Part shown: in pieces, positions 46,007 to 55,577 of the stretch
How positions within the stretch are numbered: the first letter of the stretch is position 1
Layout of the letters: every line of letters starts with the position of its first letter
Assembly: GCA_041484665.1 (NCBI GenBank)
Contig: JBGPIA010000011.1
Location: forward strand, 1-64,000
Length of the DNA stretch: 64,000 nt
From: Candidatus Krumholzibacteriia bacterium
GTDB lineage: Bacteria > Krumholzibacteriota > Krumholzibacteriia > JAJRXK01
Direction of reading: 5' to 3'
Notes under the pieces: generated by a model
What the model saw: the letters and a program-made list of their open reading frames with translations, nothing else
Databases searched by the model: none
Told to the model about the DNA's origin: nothing
Position numbers and translations under genes: made by a program

Positions 46007-46180
46007 GGCGGCGCGGCCCAGTGGCCCATCCCCCAATGCGTCCACGCCGAGATGGCTCGGCTGGGGAGTGCGCGCCCGATGCGATGCTCGTCCCGCCTTC
46101 AGATCGGCCCGCTGCGCGCCGCGCCCGGCTGCGTGCGCGCACGGGCGCGCACCTACGTGCGCGAGGAGGGGCGAGCGGTC

Positions 46181-49100
46181 GTGCGCTCCATAGTGCTCGC
46201 GGCGCTGGCGAGTCCGCTGCTGGTTCCCGCGGCGCTCGCATGGGGCGCGCCGGGCCCGGCCGTGGACACGGCCGCGGAGCCGTCGGCTCCCGATCCCACG
46301 CGGCCGATCGACGAGCTGAGCGCCCGCCAGCAGGACGCCCAGGCGCTCGAGCTCAGCGAGCAGGCCCGCGCGCGCGCTCCCTCTGACCTCGTCCTGCTCG
46401 ACCAGGCCGCGCGCCTCTACGTCGAGCTGCAGCGCGCTGCCGAAGGCGAGGCCGCGCTGTCCGCGGCGCTCCCCGCGGCCAGCACCACCACCGCCGCCGC
46501 CGCGTCCGACGCCGCGCGGGCCTTCGTGGCAGGCGCGTTCCTCTACCATCAGGAGCGTTTCACCGAGGCGCTGCCCAAGCTGCAGGGCGCGGCTGATGCG
46601 CTGCGCGCGGCCGGCGACTCGCTGGCGCTCGCCCCTGCCGAACTGCGGCTCGGGGAGTGCTTGCGTGAGCTCAAGCGCCGCGCTGAGGCGAAGACCACAC
46701 TGCAGGAGGCCCACCGCCTCGCCGCGCGCTCGCCGCACGCGCGCTTGGACTTGCAGGTGACCGAGGCGCTCGCGCGCTGCTTGCAGGAAGAAGGCGACAA
46801 CGACCGGGCGCGCGCGGTCCGGGAAGAGGCTTTGGCGCGGGCGCGCGCGCTGCACGACCCGCTGAGTGTGGGCATCTTCCTCAACGGTCTGGCCGCGCTG
46901 CAGCTGCGCGCGGGGCTGTACGCCCGCGCGGCGCAGACCTTCCTCGAGGCATCGCGGCAGGCGCACGCCGTCGGCGCAATCGACGACGAGCTGGCGCGCC
47001 GCCTGCGGGCCGGCAACGCACTGGTGAGCCTCGCCCAGCTCGACTCCGCGCAGGCCATCTACGAGCGGGCCCTCGACGACGCGCGACGCGCGGGCGTTGC
47101 GGCGCGCGAGGTCCAGGCGCTGACGCGCATGGGCTCGCTGCTGCGCCAGCGAGGCGATCCGGCGCAGGCGCTCGCGCTGTTCGCGCAGGCCCACGCTGTC
47201 GCCGACGCGCATCACGTCGCGCTCCTGGACACCTGGCCCACGCTGCTGGCCGAGGGCAATGCTCTGGTCGAGCTCGGGCGATACAAGGAGGCGCTCGCGG
47301 CGCTGGAGAGCATCCGTGCCATCACGGAATCGCAGGATCCGCGCTCGCATGCCTCGGTGCTCAACAGCATCGGCAACTGCCACCAGCACCTGGGAGCGCT
47401 CGCTGCGGCCCGCGCCGCGTACGACCAGGCGGTGGCGATCATGGAGCAGATCAAGGACTACGCCTCCGTGGGTCGCTACATGACCAACATCGGCAATTGT
47501 TACATAGACGAGGGGCGCTTCGAGCAGGGATTGCAGCGCTATCTGAAGGCCCAGCCGATCCTCGAGCAGACGCATCAGCCCATTCCGCTGGCGATCAATC
47601 ATCTCAATATCGCCACGGTGTACGAGCGCTTCGGCAAGAACGAGCTGGCGCTCGAGCACGCGCGCCAGGCGCGCGCGCTCACCGAGCAGGCTGGCAGCAC
47701 CTACAACCTCGCCGGTGCCCTGATTACAGTGGGCGAGATCCACGCGCGGATGGGCCGCCAGCAGGAAGCGCGAGCCGAGTTCGAGCAGGGGTTGCAAGCA
47801 TCCCGCGCCGTCGGCCAGCAGGGAAACGAGCTGCGCGCGTTGGTCGCGCTGGGAACCGTTGACGAGGAGGAAGGCCACTTCGACGATGCCGAGCTCCGCT
47901 GGACATCGGTGTTGCAGGCGGCGCACGAGACGGGCGAGACCACGATGGAGAACCGTGCGCTGGTGGGCCTGGGCGATGTCGCGATGAAGCGTGGCCAGTT
48001 CGACCTGGCGCTGCAGCGGTTCCAGCAGGCGCGCGCGGTCGCGCTCACCACAGGCTCGCCACGCCGGCTGGTGGACCCGGTGAGCGGCATCGCCCAGGCG
48101 CTGGCGCGGGCCGGGCGCTCCGCAGAAGCGCTGGCCGCCTACGAAGAGGCCGTGGGTTACGTCGAGCGTCTGCGCGAGGGGACCGGCGCTGAGGAAGAGC
48201 GCTGGGAGCTCTTCGATCAGTTCGCTCCCCTCTATGCCGGAGCTACGGTGCTGCTGGCGGAGATGGCCCAGCAGCCGGATTCGCTGCCGCCGTCCGGTCA
48301 GGCCGGCCAGCTGTCGCCGTCAGGTCCGCGTGCCCAGCTGCCGCCGTCCGGTCAGCGCGGCCAGCCGGTCGAGCCGGGCAGGCCGGCCCAGCCGCAGCGC
48401 GCCGAGCAGGCGTTCAGCTTCGCCGAGCGCTGCCGTGCGCGCACCTTCCTCGACCACCGGCTGGTGCAGGGAATCGACGTGGGACACGGGCTGTCCGCGG
48501 AGCTGCTGGACTCCAAGCACGCCAACCTCGCGCAGTACAACCTGGCCAACTCTCGCCTGCTGGCCCGCTGCGCGCAACTCGCCGCGGCCGGAGGCGCCGG
48601 CACGCCCGAGCGGGCCACGCTGGAGCAGGACAGCGTGGCCGGGCCCCTGCTGCGCGACCTGCAACGCCTCAACGAGGAATACGCGCGCATCGAGGGGAGC
48701 CTGCGCCCCGAGCAGAACCGCCTGACCGGCCTGCAGGACACGGGTCCCGCCCGCCTGGAGCAGGTGGCTGCGGCATTAGGCCACGATGGCCTGCTGCTGG
48801 AGTACTTCGTTCAGGATGACGTGGTGCTGTTGATGACGGTCGACGGGCGCGCTCGGCTGCGCCTCTACCGCATTGCGCCCGAGGCGCTGCCCAAGGCCCG
48901 GGACCTGGCGGCCATGCTGCGGCCCTCCAGCTCGCCGCGCAGCTTCGCGGTGGCAGCGTACGCGGCGCTCGCCCACGAGTTGTACCACGAGCTGCTGGAG
49001 CCTGCGGCCGAGCAGCTGCGCGGGGCCGCGCATCTGGTGGTGGTTCCCGACGGCCCGCTGGCCTACCTGCCGTTCGAGGCGCTGCTCACGCGCGAGCCCG

Positions 49101-49993
49101 CGGGGGGCGGGGCTGACTCGGGCACGGCCGCCTCGACTGCCTCGGCTGGCTCGGTCGCTGACCTAGCGGAGCTTCCTTATCTGTTTCTGGAGCACGAGAT
49201 CGCCTACGTGCCGTCGGCGACAGCGCTCGTACGTTTGCAGCAGGAGCGCGTCCACCATCCGCCGCTCGCTCGCGCCGGCGCGCAGACGCTGGTGCTGGCC
49301 AATCCGGTCTACGCGGGAGTGCTGGCGGGAGTGCCGGCGGAGGGGACGACTGTCGCCACGGCCAACTCCGAAAGCGACGACAGCGGGGAGCGGGGGCGCG
49401 CGCTGCGCGAGTACCGCTTCACGAGCCTCCCGTACACTGCCCGCGAAAGCGCGGCGATCGAGCGCCTGCTCGGCAGCAGCAACGTCGTGCGCGTGGAGGG
49501 CAAGGATGCCCGCGAGGAGTACGTGAAGGCCGCCGACCTCACCCGCTTCGCGCGCATCCACTTCGCGACCCACGCGATGGTCGACGACGAGGTCCCGCAG
49601 CTCTCGGCCGTGGTGCTCGCCCAGGACGACGACCCGACCGAGGACGGCTTCCTGACCATGCGCGAGATCTACGATCTGAAGCTGGACGCCGACCTGGTGG
49701 TGCTCTCGGCGTGCAGCACGGCCGAGGGGCGCTCCTACCGCGGCGAGGGCGTGATCGGGCTGGCGCGGGCGTTTCTGGCTGCCGGAGCGGCTTCGGTGCT
49801 GGTGACGCTGTGGCCCGTCAACGATGTCTCCACGGCCGCGTTCATGGAGTCGTTCTACGCCGCGCTGCACGCCGGCCGCTCGAGCGAGCAGGCGCTGCGC
49901 CAGGCGCGGCTCGACCTGCTGCGCAGCGACCGCCCGGCCTGGCGGCTACCGATGCACTGGGCCCCCTTCGCGCTGGTCGGAGAAGTGCGGTGA
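46181..49993 (+). CDS. TPR-repeat plus CHAT (caspase-like) protease
   Basis: GAGGAGGGG RBS with GTG and a signal-like N-terminus. TPRs, VVVPDGPL.YLPFEAL, catalytic HFATH and LSAC, GEGVIGLARAF and HWAPF. Confidence 0.92.
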   Translation: MRSIVLAALASPLLVPAALAWGAPGPAVDTAAEPSAPDPTRPIDELSARQQDAQALELSEQARARAPSDLVLLDQAARLYVELQRAAEGEAALSAALPAASTTTAAAASDAARAFVAGAFLYHQERFTEALPKLQGAADALRAAGDSLALAPAELRLGECLRELKRRAEAKTTLQEAHRLAARSPHARLDLQVTEALARCLQEEGDNDRARAVREEALARARALHDPLSVGIFLNGLAALQLRAGLYARAAQTFLEASRQAHAVGAIDDELARRLRAGNALVSLAQLDSAQAIYERALDDARRAGVAAREVQALTRMGSLLRQRGDPAQALALFAQAHAVADAHHVALLDTWPTLLAEGNALVELGRYKEALAALESIRAITESQDPRSHASVLNSIGNCHQHLGALAAARAAYDQAVAIMEQIKDYASVGRYMTNIGNCYIDEGRFEQGLQRYLKAQPILEQTHQPIPLAINHLNIATVYERFGKNELALEHARQARALTEQAGSTYNLAGALITVGEIHARMGRQQEARAEFEQGLQASRAVGQQGNELRALVALGTVDEEEGHFDDAELRWTSVLQAAHETGETTMENRALVGLGDVAMKRGQFDLALQRFQQARAVALTTGSPRRLVDPVSGIAQALARAGRSAEALAAYEEAVGYVERLREGTGAEEERWELFDQFAPLYAGATVLLAEMAQQPDSLPPSGQAGQLSPSGPRAQLPPSGQRGQPVEPGRPAQPQRAEQAFSFAERCRARTFLDHRLVQGIDVGHGLSAELLDSKHANLAQYNLANSRLLARCAQLAAAGGAGTPERATLEQDSVAGPLLRDLQRLNEEYARIEGSLRPEQNRLTGLQDTGPARLEQVAAALGHDGLLLEYFVQDDVVLLMTVDGRARLRLYRIAPEALPKARDLAAMLRPSSSPRSFAVAAYAALAHELYHELLEPAAEQLRGAAHLVVVPDGPLAYLPFEALLTREPAGGGADSGTAASTASAGSVADLAELPYLFLEHEIAYVPSATALVRLQQERVHHPPLARAGAQTLVLANPVYAGVLAGVPAEGTTVATANSESDDSGERGRALREYRFTSLPYTARESAAIERLLGSSNVVRVEGKDAREEYVKAADLTRFARIHFATHAMVDDEVPQLSAVVLAQDDDPTEDGFLTMREIYDLKLDADLVVLSACSTAEGRSYRGEGVIGLARAFLAAGAASVLVTLWPVNDVSTAAFMESFYAALHAGRSSEQALRQARLDLLRSDRPAWRLPMHWAPFALVGEVR

Positions 49994-50706
49994 GCGACGC
50001 GGCGCCGGGGCGCACGCCCAACGCGCGGCCGGGCGGGCAGGCGGACGGGACAGCGGGCGGGACGGCGGGCGGGCACTCGGGCAGGCCAGCGCACGAGCAT
50101 GCGGGCGCCGCAGGGCGGCCGGCGCACGAGGCGCTGCTGGTGGAAGGATTCCTGTTCGGCGACCGCGCGGCGCTCGCGACCGTCGACGGCTGGATCCTCC
50201 CCGTGATCCGCCATCGCGCCTGGCGCTTGCGCGCCAGCCAGGAGGACCTGCACCAGGATATCCGCTTCAAGCTGCTGGGGCTGTTCGAGCGGGGCGCGTT
50301 CCGCGGGCAATCCAGCTTGAAGACCTACGTGCAGGCGGTCGCAAAGCATACCTGTCTGGACGCCTTGCGGCGTGCGGCGATCCGCATCGCCGCTCCGATC
50401 GACGACCAGGCGGCGGAACTCCTCCCCCCTTCGCGCGACAATCCGGATGAGGGCGTCGAGCGGAGCGAGCAAACCGCGCTCTGCTACGAGGTCCTGTCTC
50501 GCCTGCCCCAGCCTTGCCGCCATGTCTTCCAGCGCATCCTGGAGCAGGAGCGCAGCTACGAGGAGATCGCCCACGAGCTGTCGATCTCCGTCGGAACGGT
50601 GAAATCACGGCTCGCGCGCTGCCGTGACCGGGCGATCGCGCTGCGCGCGGATCTGCTCGCGGTCCGCCGCTCCCGAGGCCGCCGCGCGATCCCGGGCACG
50701 GCGTGA
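49990..50706 (+). CDS. ECF-type RNA polymerase sigma factor
   Basis: GTGA overlap with the CHAT stop. EDLHQD, FRGQSSLKTY, CLDALRR and SYEEIA.EL.IS.GTVKSRLARCR motifs. Confidence 0.9.
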   Translation: MSDAAPGRTPNARPGGQADGTAGGTAGGHSGRPAHEHAGAAGRPAHEALLVEGFLFGDRAALATVDGWILPVIRHRAWRLRASQEDLHQDIRFKLLGLFERGAFRGQSSLKTYVQAVAKHTCLDALRRAAIRIAAPIDDQAAELLPPSRDNPDEGVERSEQTALCYEVLSRLPQPCRHVFQRILEQERSYEEIAHELSISVGTVKSRLARCRDRAIALRADLLAVRRSRGRRAIPGTA

Positions 50707-50823
50707 TGCGCGATCCCGGGCGCGGCCCGTGCCGCGGGACGGAGCGTGGGCCCGGGCGTGGGTCGGAGCGTGGGCCCGGGCGCGGCACGGAAGATGGGGC
50801 GGGCGCTAGGAGGTGGGGATCCC

Positions 50824-51864
50824 ATGACTGATCCCAGGGACGCTGCGGGCTTGGGAGACGCCGCTGAGCGAGACCCCGCACAGGCGTGGGACCACCCCGA
50901 GGCGGATCTGATCTTCCTGGAGGTGATCGGCCGCCTCGACGAGGCGCGGCGGCAGCATGTCGAGCAGCTCGCCGCGCAGGACCCGACCTTCCGGCGCCAC
51001 CTGGAGTTCGCGCGCTGGCTGCGTCAGCAGGTGCAGGACCACCCGGGCGTGATGTTCGCCGACCACACGCCCAGCGACGAGCTGGTGGCCTGGTGCGATG
51101 ACCCCGCCAGCCTTTTGTCCGCGCGCGCGCAGCGGATCGAGGAGCATCTAGTGGTCTGCGCGGCGTGTGCGGCCGAGGTGGAGATCGTGCGCGCTGTGAA
51201 CGCGGATCTTGCGCGGACGTCGTCGGTGCGAGCGACCGCTATCGACGCGCAGGACAGCGCGGGTTGGCCGTCGCGCTGGTGGGCTCGACTAGCGGCGCTG
51301 CGAACGCTGCCGCCCGCACCCGCCTACGTCGCGCTGCTCGTGCTACTCATTCCCGCGATTGTCGGCGTGCGGTCGTGGCTGTCGCCCGGGGGGCCGGAGG
51401 GGACCGCGCCGCCGGGGACCCTGCCGTTGGGCACCGCGCCGCCGGGGACCCCACCGTCGGGGACCTCGCCAGCCGCTAGCGTGCCCCCTGCGGCAGCAGC
51501 CGGTGCAGGCGCGCTGATGGCCCTGCGCGCGCCCGTCGTGCTCGAGGCGGCCAGCGCGCGCGGTGTCAGCGCCCCGGTCGAGCTGTCGGTTAGCGGGGCC
51601 GGCGAGCAGGTGACCCTGCTGGTGCACGCGCCGATCAGCGTCGAGCCGGGGATCCGCTACGACGCGCGGCTGCTCGGGCCCGCGGGCCAGACCCTGCTGC
51701 GCGCCGAGGGGCTGCAGAGCCTCGATGAGTTCGGAACGTTCGCCTTCGTGCTGCGTCCCACGGCGCTGGCGCCCGGCGACTACGAGCTGACGGTGGACGA
51801 GGTGGCGAGCGCCACGGGCCAGGTCCGCGCCAGCTTCCAGGCGACGTTTCGGCTGCGGCCGTAG
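50824..51864 (+). CDS. Membrane anti-sigma factor (zf-HC2, TM helix, extracytoplasmic Ig-like domain)
   Basis: HLVVCAAC (HxxxCxxC), TM YVALLVLLIPAIVGV and LAPGDYELTV C-domain. AGGAGG RBS. Confidence 0.8.
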   Translation: MTDPRDAAGLGDAAERDPAQAWDHPEADLIFLEVIGRLDEARRQHVEQLAAQDPTFRRHLEFARWLRQQVQDHPGVMFADHTPSDELVAWCDDPASLLSARAQRIEEHLVVCAACAAEVEIVRAVNADLARTSSVRATAIDAQDSAGWPSRWWARLAALRTLPPAPAYVALLVLLIPAIVGVRSWLSPGGPEGTAPPGTLPLGTAPPGTPPSGTSPAASVPPAAAAGAGALMALRAPVVLEAASARGVSAPVELSVSGAGEQVTLLVHAPISVEPGIRYDARLLGPAGQTLLRAEGLQSLDEFGTFAFVLRPTALAPGDYELTVDEVASATGQVRASFQATFRLRP

Positions 51865-51887
51865 CGCGCGTCCCGCATCCCTGCCGC

Positions 51888-52052
51888 GCCCCCGCAACGT
51901 CTTTGCGGCGCCCTCCCGGATCCGCCCCCGCAACGTCCTCCGGCCCCCTCCCGGATCCGCGCCCGCACAGGCTGCCGTCCATCCGCGCCAGCGCGAACTG
52001 CCGTGCACCCGCGCCATTACAAGCTACCGTGCATCCGCGCCAGCACGAACTG
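51888..52052. repeat. Two intergenic tandem-repeat sets (about 35-36 bp x2 and 26 bp x3)
   Basis: GCCCCCGCAACGTC..CCCTCCCGGATCC at 51888 and 51924. RCTRCCGTSCAYCCGCGCCA.. at 51971, 51997 and 52023. Confidence 0.75.
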
Positions 52053-52058
52053 CCCATT

Positions 52059-52084
52059 GCAACCCAACCGCTGCCTCAGGCGTC
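52059..52084 (+). promoter_or_regulatory. Candidate ECF promoter GCAAC-N17-CGTC
   Basis: AAC (-35) and CGT (-10) pattern upstream of the DUF5916 gene, next to the ECF operon. Confidence 0.4.
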
Positions 52085-52166
52085 CAAGGATCGCCCCCGA
52101 TGCGTCAGCGACCCAGGTGACGGATCCAGGCGGCTGGAGCGTCCAGCCATACTGCAGGAGGCCATC

Positions 52167-54929
52167 GTGTGCCCGTTCTTCGCCAACGCCGCGGCCATGG
52201 GGGCCTGCTTGGTGGCGCTTGTCGCCGCCGCAGATCCAGCGCCAGCGCAGGACGCCGGGCAGGACTCGGTCCAGCAAGCCGCCGGGCAACCGGCACTCGC
52301 AGCGCCGCAGCAGACGCCGCGGGCGACGCCGGGTCCCGGGTCTCCGCCCCCGCCGCTGCGCCAGATCCAAGCGCACCGCGTGACCCAGGCGCCTCGCATC
52401 GACGGAAACCTCGACGACCTGGCCTGGCAGACCCCGGCGACCACGGGGCTGATCCAGAACGAGCCAACCAATGGAGCGGCGCCGGTCCGCGAGACCCGCT
52501 TTTGGATCGCCTACGACGACGAGGCGCTCTACGCCGCCTTCCGCATGTGTGATGCAGCGCCTGACTCGGTCGATCGCGCCATCGCGCGCCGTGACGACTT
52601 TCCCAACACCGACGCCATCCTGCTCGAGCTGGATCCCTACAACGATGACCGCAATGGCTCCCTGTTCATGGTGAGCGCCGGCGGGGCGGTCTTGGACGAG
52701 CAGCTGTACAACGACGGCTGGGACGATCCCTCGTGGGACGGGGTGTGGGAGTCCGCCGCGGCCGTCGACGCGCAGGGCTGGACGGCGGAGATGATGATCC
52801 CGTTCTCGCAGCTGCGCTTCCCGGCGCGGCCCGATCAGGTGTGGGGGATCAACGTCAGCCGCCGCTGCAAGCGCAACCAGGAGCGCGACGACCTCTTCCA
52901 TCGGGCGCGCACCGACTCCGGCCACATCAGCCGCTTCCCCGACCTGGTGGGCCTGAGCGGCATCCACGCCGGCGGGCGGCGCGAGGCCTGGCTCTACGGG
53001 CTGGGCAAGGGGGAGTACCTGCAAACCACCGCGGGCAATCCGTTCAACGACGGCTCAAAGCTGCACGCCAACCTCGGCGCCGACCTCAAGTGGGGCCTGG
53101 CCAGCAACCTGACGCTCAACGCCACGGTCAACCCCGACTTCGGCCAAGTGGAGATCGACCCCGCGGTGGTGAATCTGTCCGACGTGGAGACGATCTTCGA
53201 CGAGAAGCGCCCCTTCTTCGTCCAGGACAGCAACACGTTCAACTTCGGACGGGATGGCACCAACAACAATTGGAACTTCAACTGGATGGACCCCAACCTG
53301 CTCTACACCCGGCGCATCGGCCGCAATCCCCAGCTGAGCCTCCAGAACGATCCGCAGTTCACCGAGTCGCCCACCGGCACGACGATCCTGGGGGCGGCCA
53401 AGCTGACCGGACGGCTGGGCTCGACGAACTTCGGGGCGCTCAGCGCGCTCACCTCCAACGAGTACTACCACTTCTCCCAGGACGGTGTGCGGGGGCGCCA
53501 ACTGGCGGAGCCGCTCACCAACTACACGGTGCTGCGCGGCACCCGGGCCTCGCACAGCGCGACCAGCGCGCTGGGCTTCATGGCGACCAGCACCCAGCGC
53601 GATCTCAGCGACAGTCTCAGCCGTACGGAGCTGGCGCGGCACGCCTATACCGGCGGCGTGGACGGCTGGACCTACCTGGGCGCAAGCCAGCGGTGGGCAA
53701 TGCGCGGGTATCTGAGCGGGAGCCTGATCCAGGGTGATCCGGACGCGATCGCGGCGCAGCAGACCTCATCGCGGCGTTACTACCAGCGCCCCGACGCCAA
53801 CCACCTGCAATACGATCCCACGCGCACGGACCTGGCCGGCTGGATGGGGCGGCTGATGCTCAACAAGCAGAAGGGCGACATCACGCTCAACACGGCGGTG
53901 GGCGCTGTTTCACCCGGGTATGAGATCAACGACCTGGGATTCCAGTTCCGCAGCGATGTGATCAACACGCACCTGGCGCTGGGACGCCGCTGGACGCAGC
54001 CCAACCGCCTCGTACGCTTCCGCGACGTGTCGCTGGCCAGCTACTGGACGTGGGACTTCAACGGGACGCGCAACGGAGGCGGCCTGGGCGCCTTCTACTC
54101 GGCCCAGTTTACCAACTACTGGTCACTCAACGGGAATTTCTTCTACAACCCCTCGTACGAGAGCACGCGCGCCACGCGGGGAGGGCCCCTCATGCGTTTG
54201 CCCGTGCACCGGGAGCTCTATCTGTACGCCGAGACCGATTCGCGCAAGATCGTGAGGTTCAGCGTGGAGGGAGGTGCCGGCGAGGACACGCAACGGGCGC
54301 GCAATGCGTGGGCGGGCTTGGGGCTCACGCTCAAGCCCAGCAGCGCGCTGACGCTTACCCTGCGACCCTCCTACAGCTGGGAGCAGAACCAGGCGCAGTA
54401 CGTGGACGTCGTCGACGATTCGACCATGGTCGCGACGTACGGCCACCGCTACGTGTTCAGCGATCTGGCGTACCGGGAGCTGGGCATGAGCGTGCGGGCG
54501 GACTGGGCGTTCACCCCGCACCTGACGCTGCAGGGCTACGTCCAGCCCCTGATCGCGATGGGCGACTACACCGACCTCAAGGAGTTCGCGCAACCCGACA
54601 GCTACCGCTTCAGCGTCTACGGGCGCGACAACGGCTCGCACATTACGCTCGATCCGGCGACCAACCGGTACATCGTCGATCCGGACGGCAGCACGCAGCA
54701 CAGCTTCGACCTGGACAATCCCGACTTCAACTTCAAGTCGCTGCGCATCAACCTCGTCCTGCGCTGGGAGTACCGCCCTGGCTCCACCTTCTTCCTGGTG
54801 TGGACGCGCAACGGCACCGACGAAGCGAATCCCGGAACGCTGAACATGGGACGCGACGTAGACTCGCTGTTCAAGGCGCCCAGCGACAATGTGGTGCTGG
54901 CGAAGATCACCACCTGGCTGGATTTCTAG
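52167..54929 (+). CDS. DUF5916 / CBM9-like domain outer-membrane beta-barrel protein
   Basis: AGGAGG RBS with GTG. PRIDG.LDD.AW, WDGVW, GWTAEM.IPFSQLRF, NPDFGQVE.D, EKRPFF, YTRRIG and LRWEYRPGS motifs. C-terminal F. Confidence 0.88.
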   Translation: MCPFFANAAAMGACLVALVAAADPAPAQDAGQDSVQQAAGQPALAAPQQTPRATPGPGSPPPPLRQIQAHRVTQAPRIDGNLDDLAWQTPATTGLIQNEPTNGAAPVRETRFWIAYDDEALYAAFRMCDAAPDSVDRAIARRDDFPNTDAILLELDPYNDDRNGSLFMVSAGGAVLDEQLYNDGWDDPSWDGVWESAAAVDAQGWTAEMMIPFSQLRFPARPDQVWGINVSRRCKRNQERDDLFHRARTDSGHISRFPDLVGLSGIHAGGRREAWLYGLGKGEYLQTTAGNPFNDGSKLHANLGADLKWGLASNLTLNATVNPDFGQVEIDPAVVNLSDVETIFDEKRPFFVQDSNTFNFGRDGTNNNWNFNWMDPNLLYTRRIGRNPQLSLQNDPQFTESPTGTTILGAAKLTGRLGSTNFGALSALTSNEYYHFSQDGVRGRQLAEPLTNYTVLRGTRASHSATSALGFMATSTQRDLSDSLSRTELARHAYTGGVDGWTYLGASQRWAMRGYLSGSLIQGDPDAIAAQQTSSRRYYQRPDANHLQYDPTRTDLAGWMGRLMLNKQKGDITLNTAVGAVSPGYEINDLGFQFRSDVINTHLALGRRWTQPNRLVRFRDVSLASYWTWDFNGTRNGGGLGAFYSAQFTNYWSLNGNFFYNPSYESTRATRGGPLMRLPVHRELYLYAETDSRKIVRFSVEGGAGEDTQRARNAWAGLGLTLKPSSALTLTLRPSYSWEQNQAQYVDVVDDSTMVATYGHRYVFSDLAYRELGMSVRADWAFTPHLTLQGYVQPLIAMGDYTDLKEFAQPDSYRFSVYGRDNGSHITLDPATNRYIVDPDGSTQHSFDLDNPDFNFKSLRINLVLRWEYRPGSTFFLVWTRNGTDEANPGTLNMGRDVDSLFKAPSDNVVLAKITTWLDF

Positions 54930-54956
54930 GCTGGGGCGCGCAAGGCGGCGGGGGCG

Positions 54957-55577
54957 CTACGGCTTCGGCGTAAGGCGTGTGCGGTCGAGTCCTTCGGGCA
55001 GTCCAGCGGGGAACCGGGCGAATCGGCGCGCGGCCACCCATTCGCCGGACTCACCCCAACGCAAACGCGATGCGCGCGAGGCGGAGCTCGATGCCAGGCT
55101 GCCGCCCACGATCCATGCCGGCGCCGTGAGGATGAGATACCCCCCATTGGACGCGGTGGAGAGCGTCCCCAGCACGCTCCATGCAGCGATTACACCGGAG
55201 GGCGGCGTGTACCCCCAGAGCTCCCCCTTCGCGATCCGGGTGTTGGGGACGGCCACCAGTCCGCCGGACCGCGGCAGCACCAGCACGCTATCCGACCCGA
55301 TGGCGATCAGCTCGCCGGCGATCCGAGCGCCAGCTGTTCGCATGCTGGTGGACTGCACGCTGGAGGTCTGCTTGCTGGAGGTCTCGGCGCCCTCCGTCCC
55401 CCCCGTCAGCTCGAGCACGATCCAGCCTCCGTAGCGGTCCTGGGGCGCCTGTTCTGCCCTGGGCAGCCACCCCTTGGGAGCGGGATTGGTGGTGCATCCG
55501 CACAGCAGGCCCGCGCAGCAGGCCGCGAGCGCGGCCCACCGCGCCTGGGCTGCGACGCCGCGATCAGCGTTTCTCAT
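54957..55577 (-). CDS. Hypothetical lipoprotein
   Basis: Lipobox LCGC, GELIA..DS, GTLSTASNG and FARFP.GLP. Overlaps the upstream gene. Confidence 0.7.
   Translation of the reverse strand: MRNADRGVAAQARWAALAACCAGLLCGCTTNPAPKGWLPRAEQAPQDRYGGWIVLELTGGTEGAETSSKQTSSVQSTSMRTAGARIAGELIAIGSDSVLVLPRSGGLVAVPNTRIAKGELWGYTPPSGVIAAWSVLGTLSTASNGGYLILTAPAWIVGGSLASSSASRASRLRWGESGEWVAARRFARFPAGLPEGLDRTRLTPKP

Noticed and set aside
46070..46168. Fourth copy of the GTTCGC-N14-ACGTA motif upstream of the CHAT gene
   Set aside because: Matches are only partial (GCGCGC-N14-ACGTG, plus a spacer-like stretch on the wrong strand), so autoregulation by this ECF is not supported.
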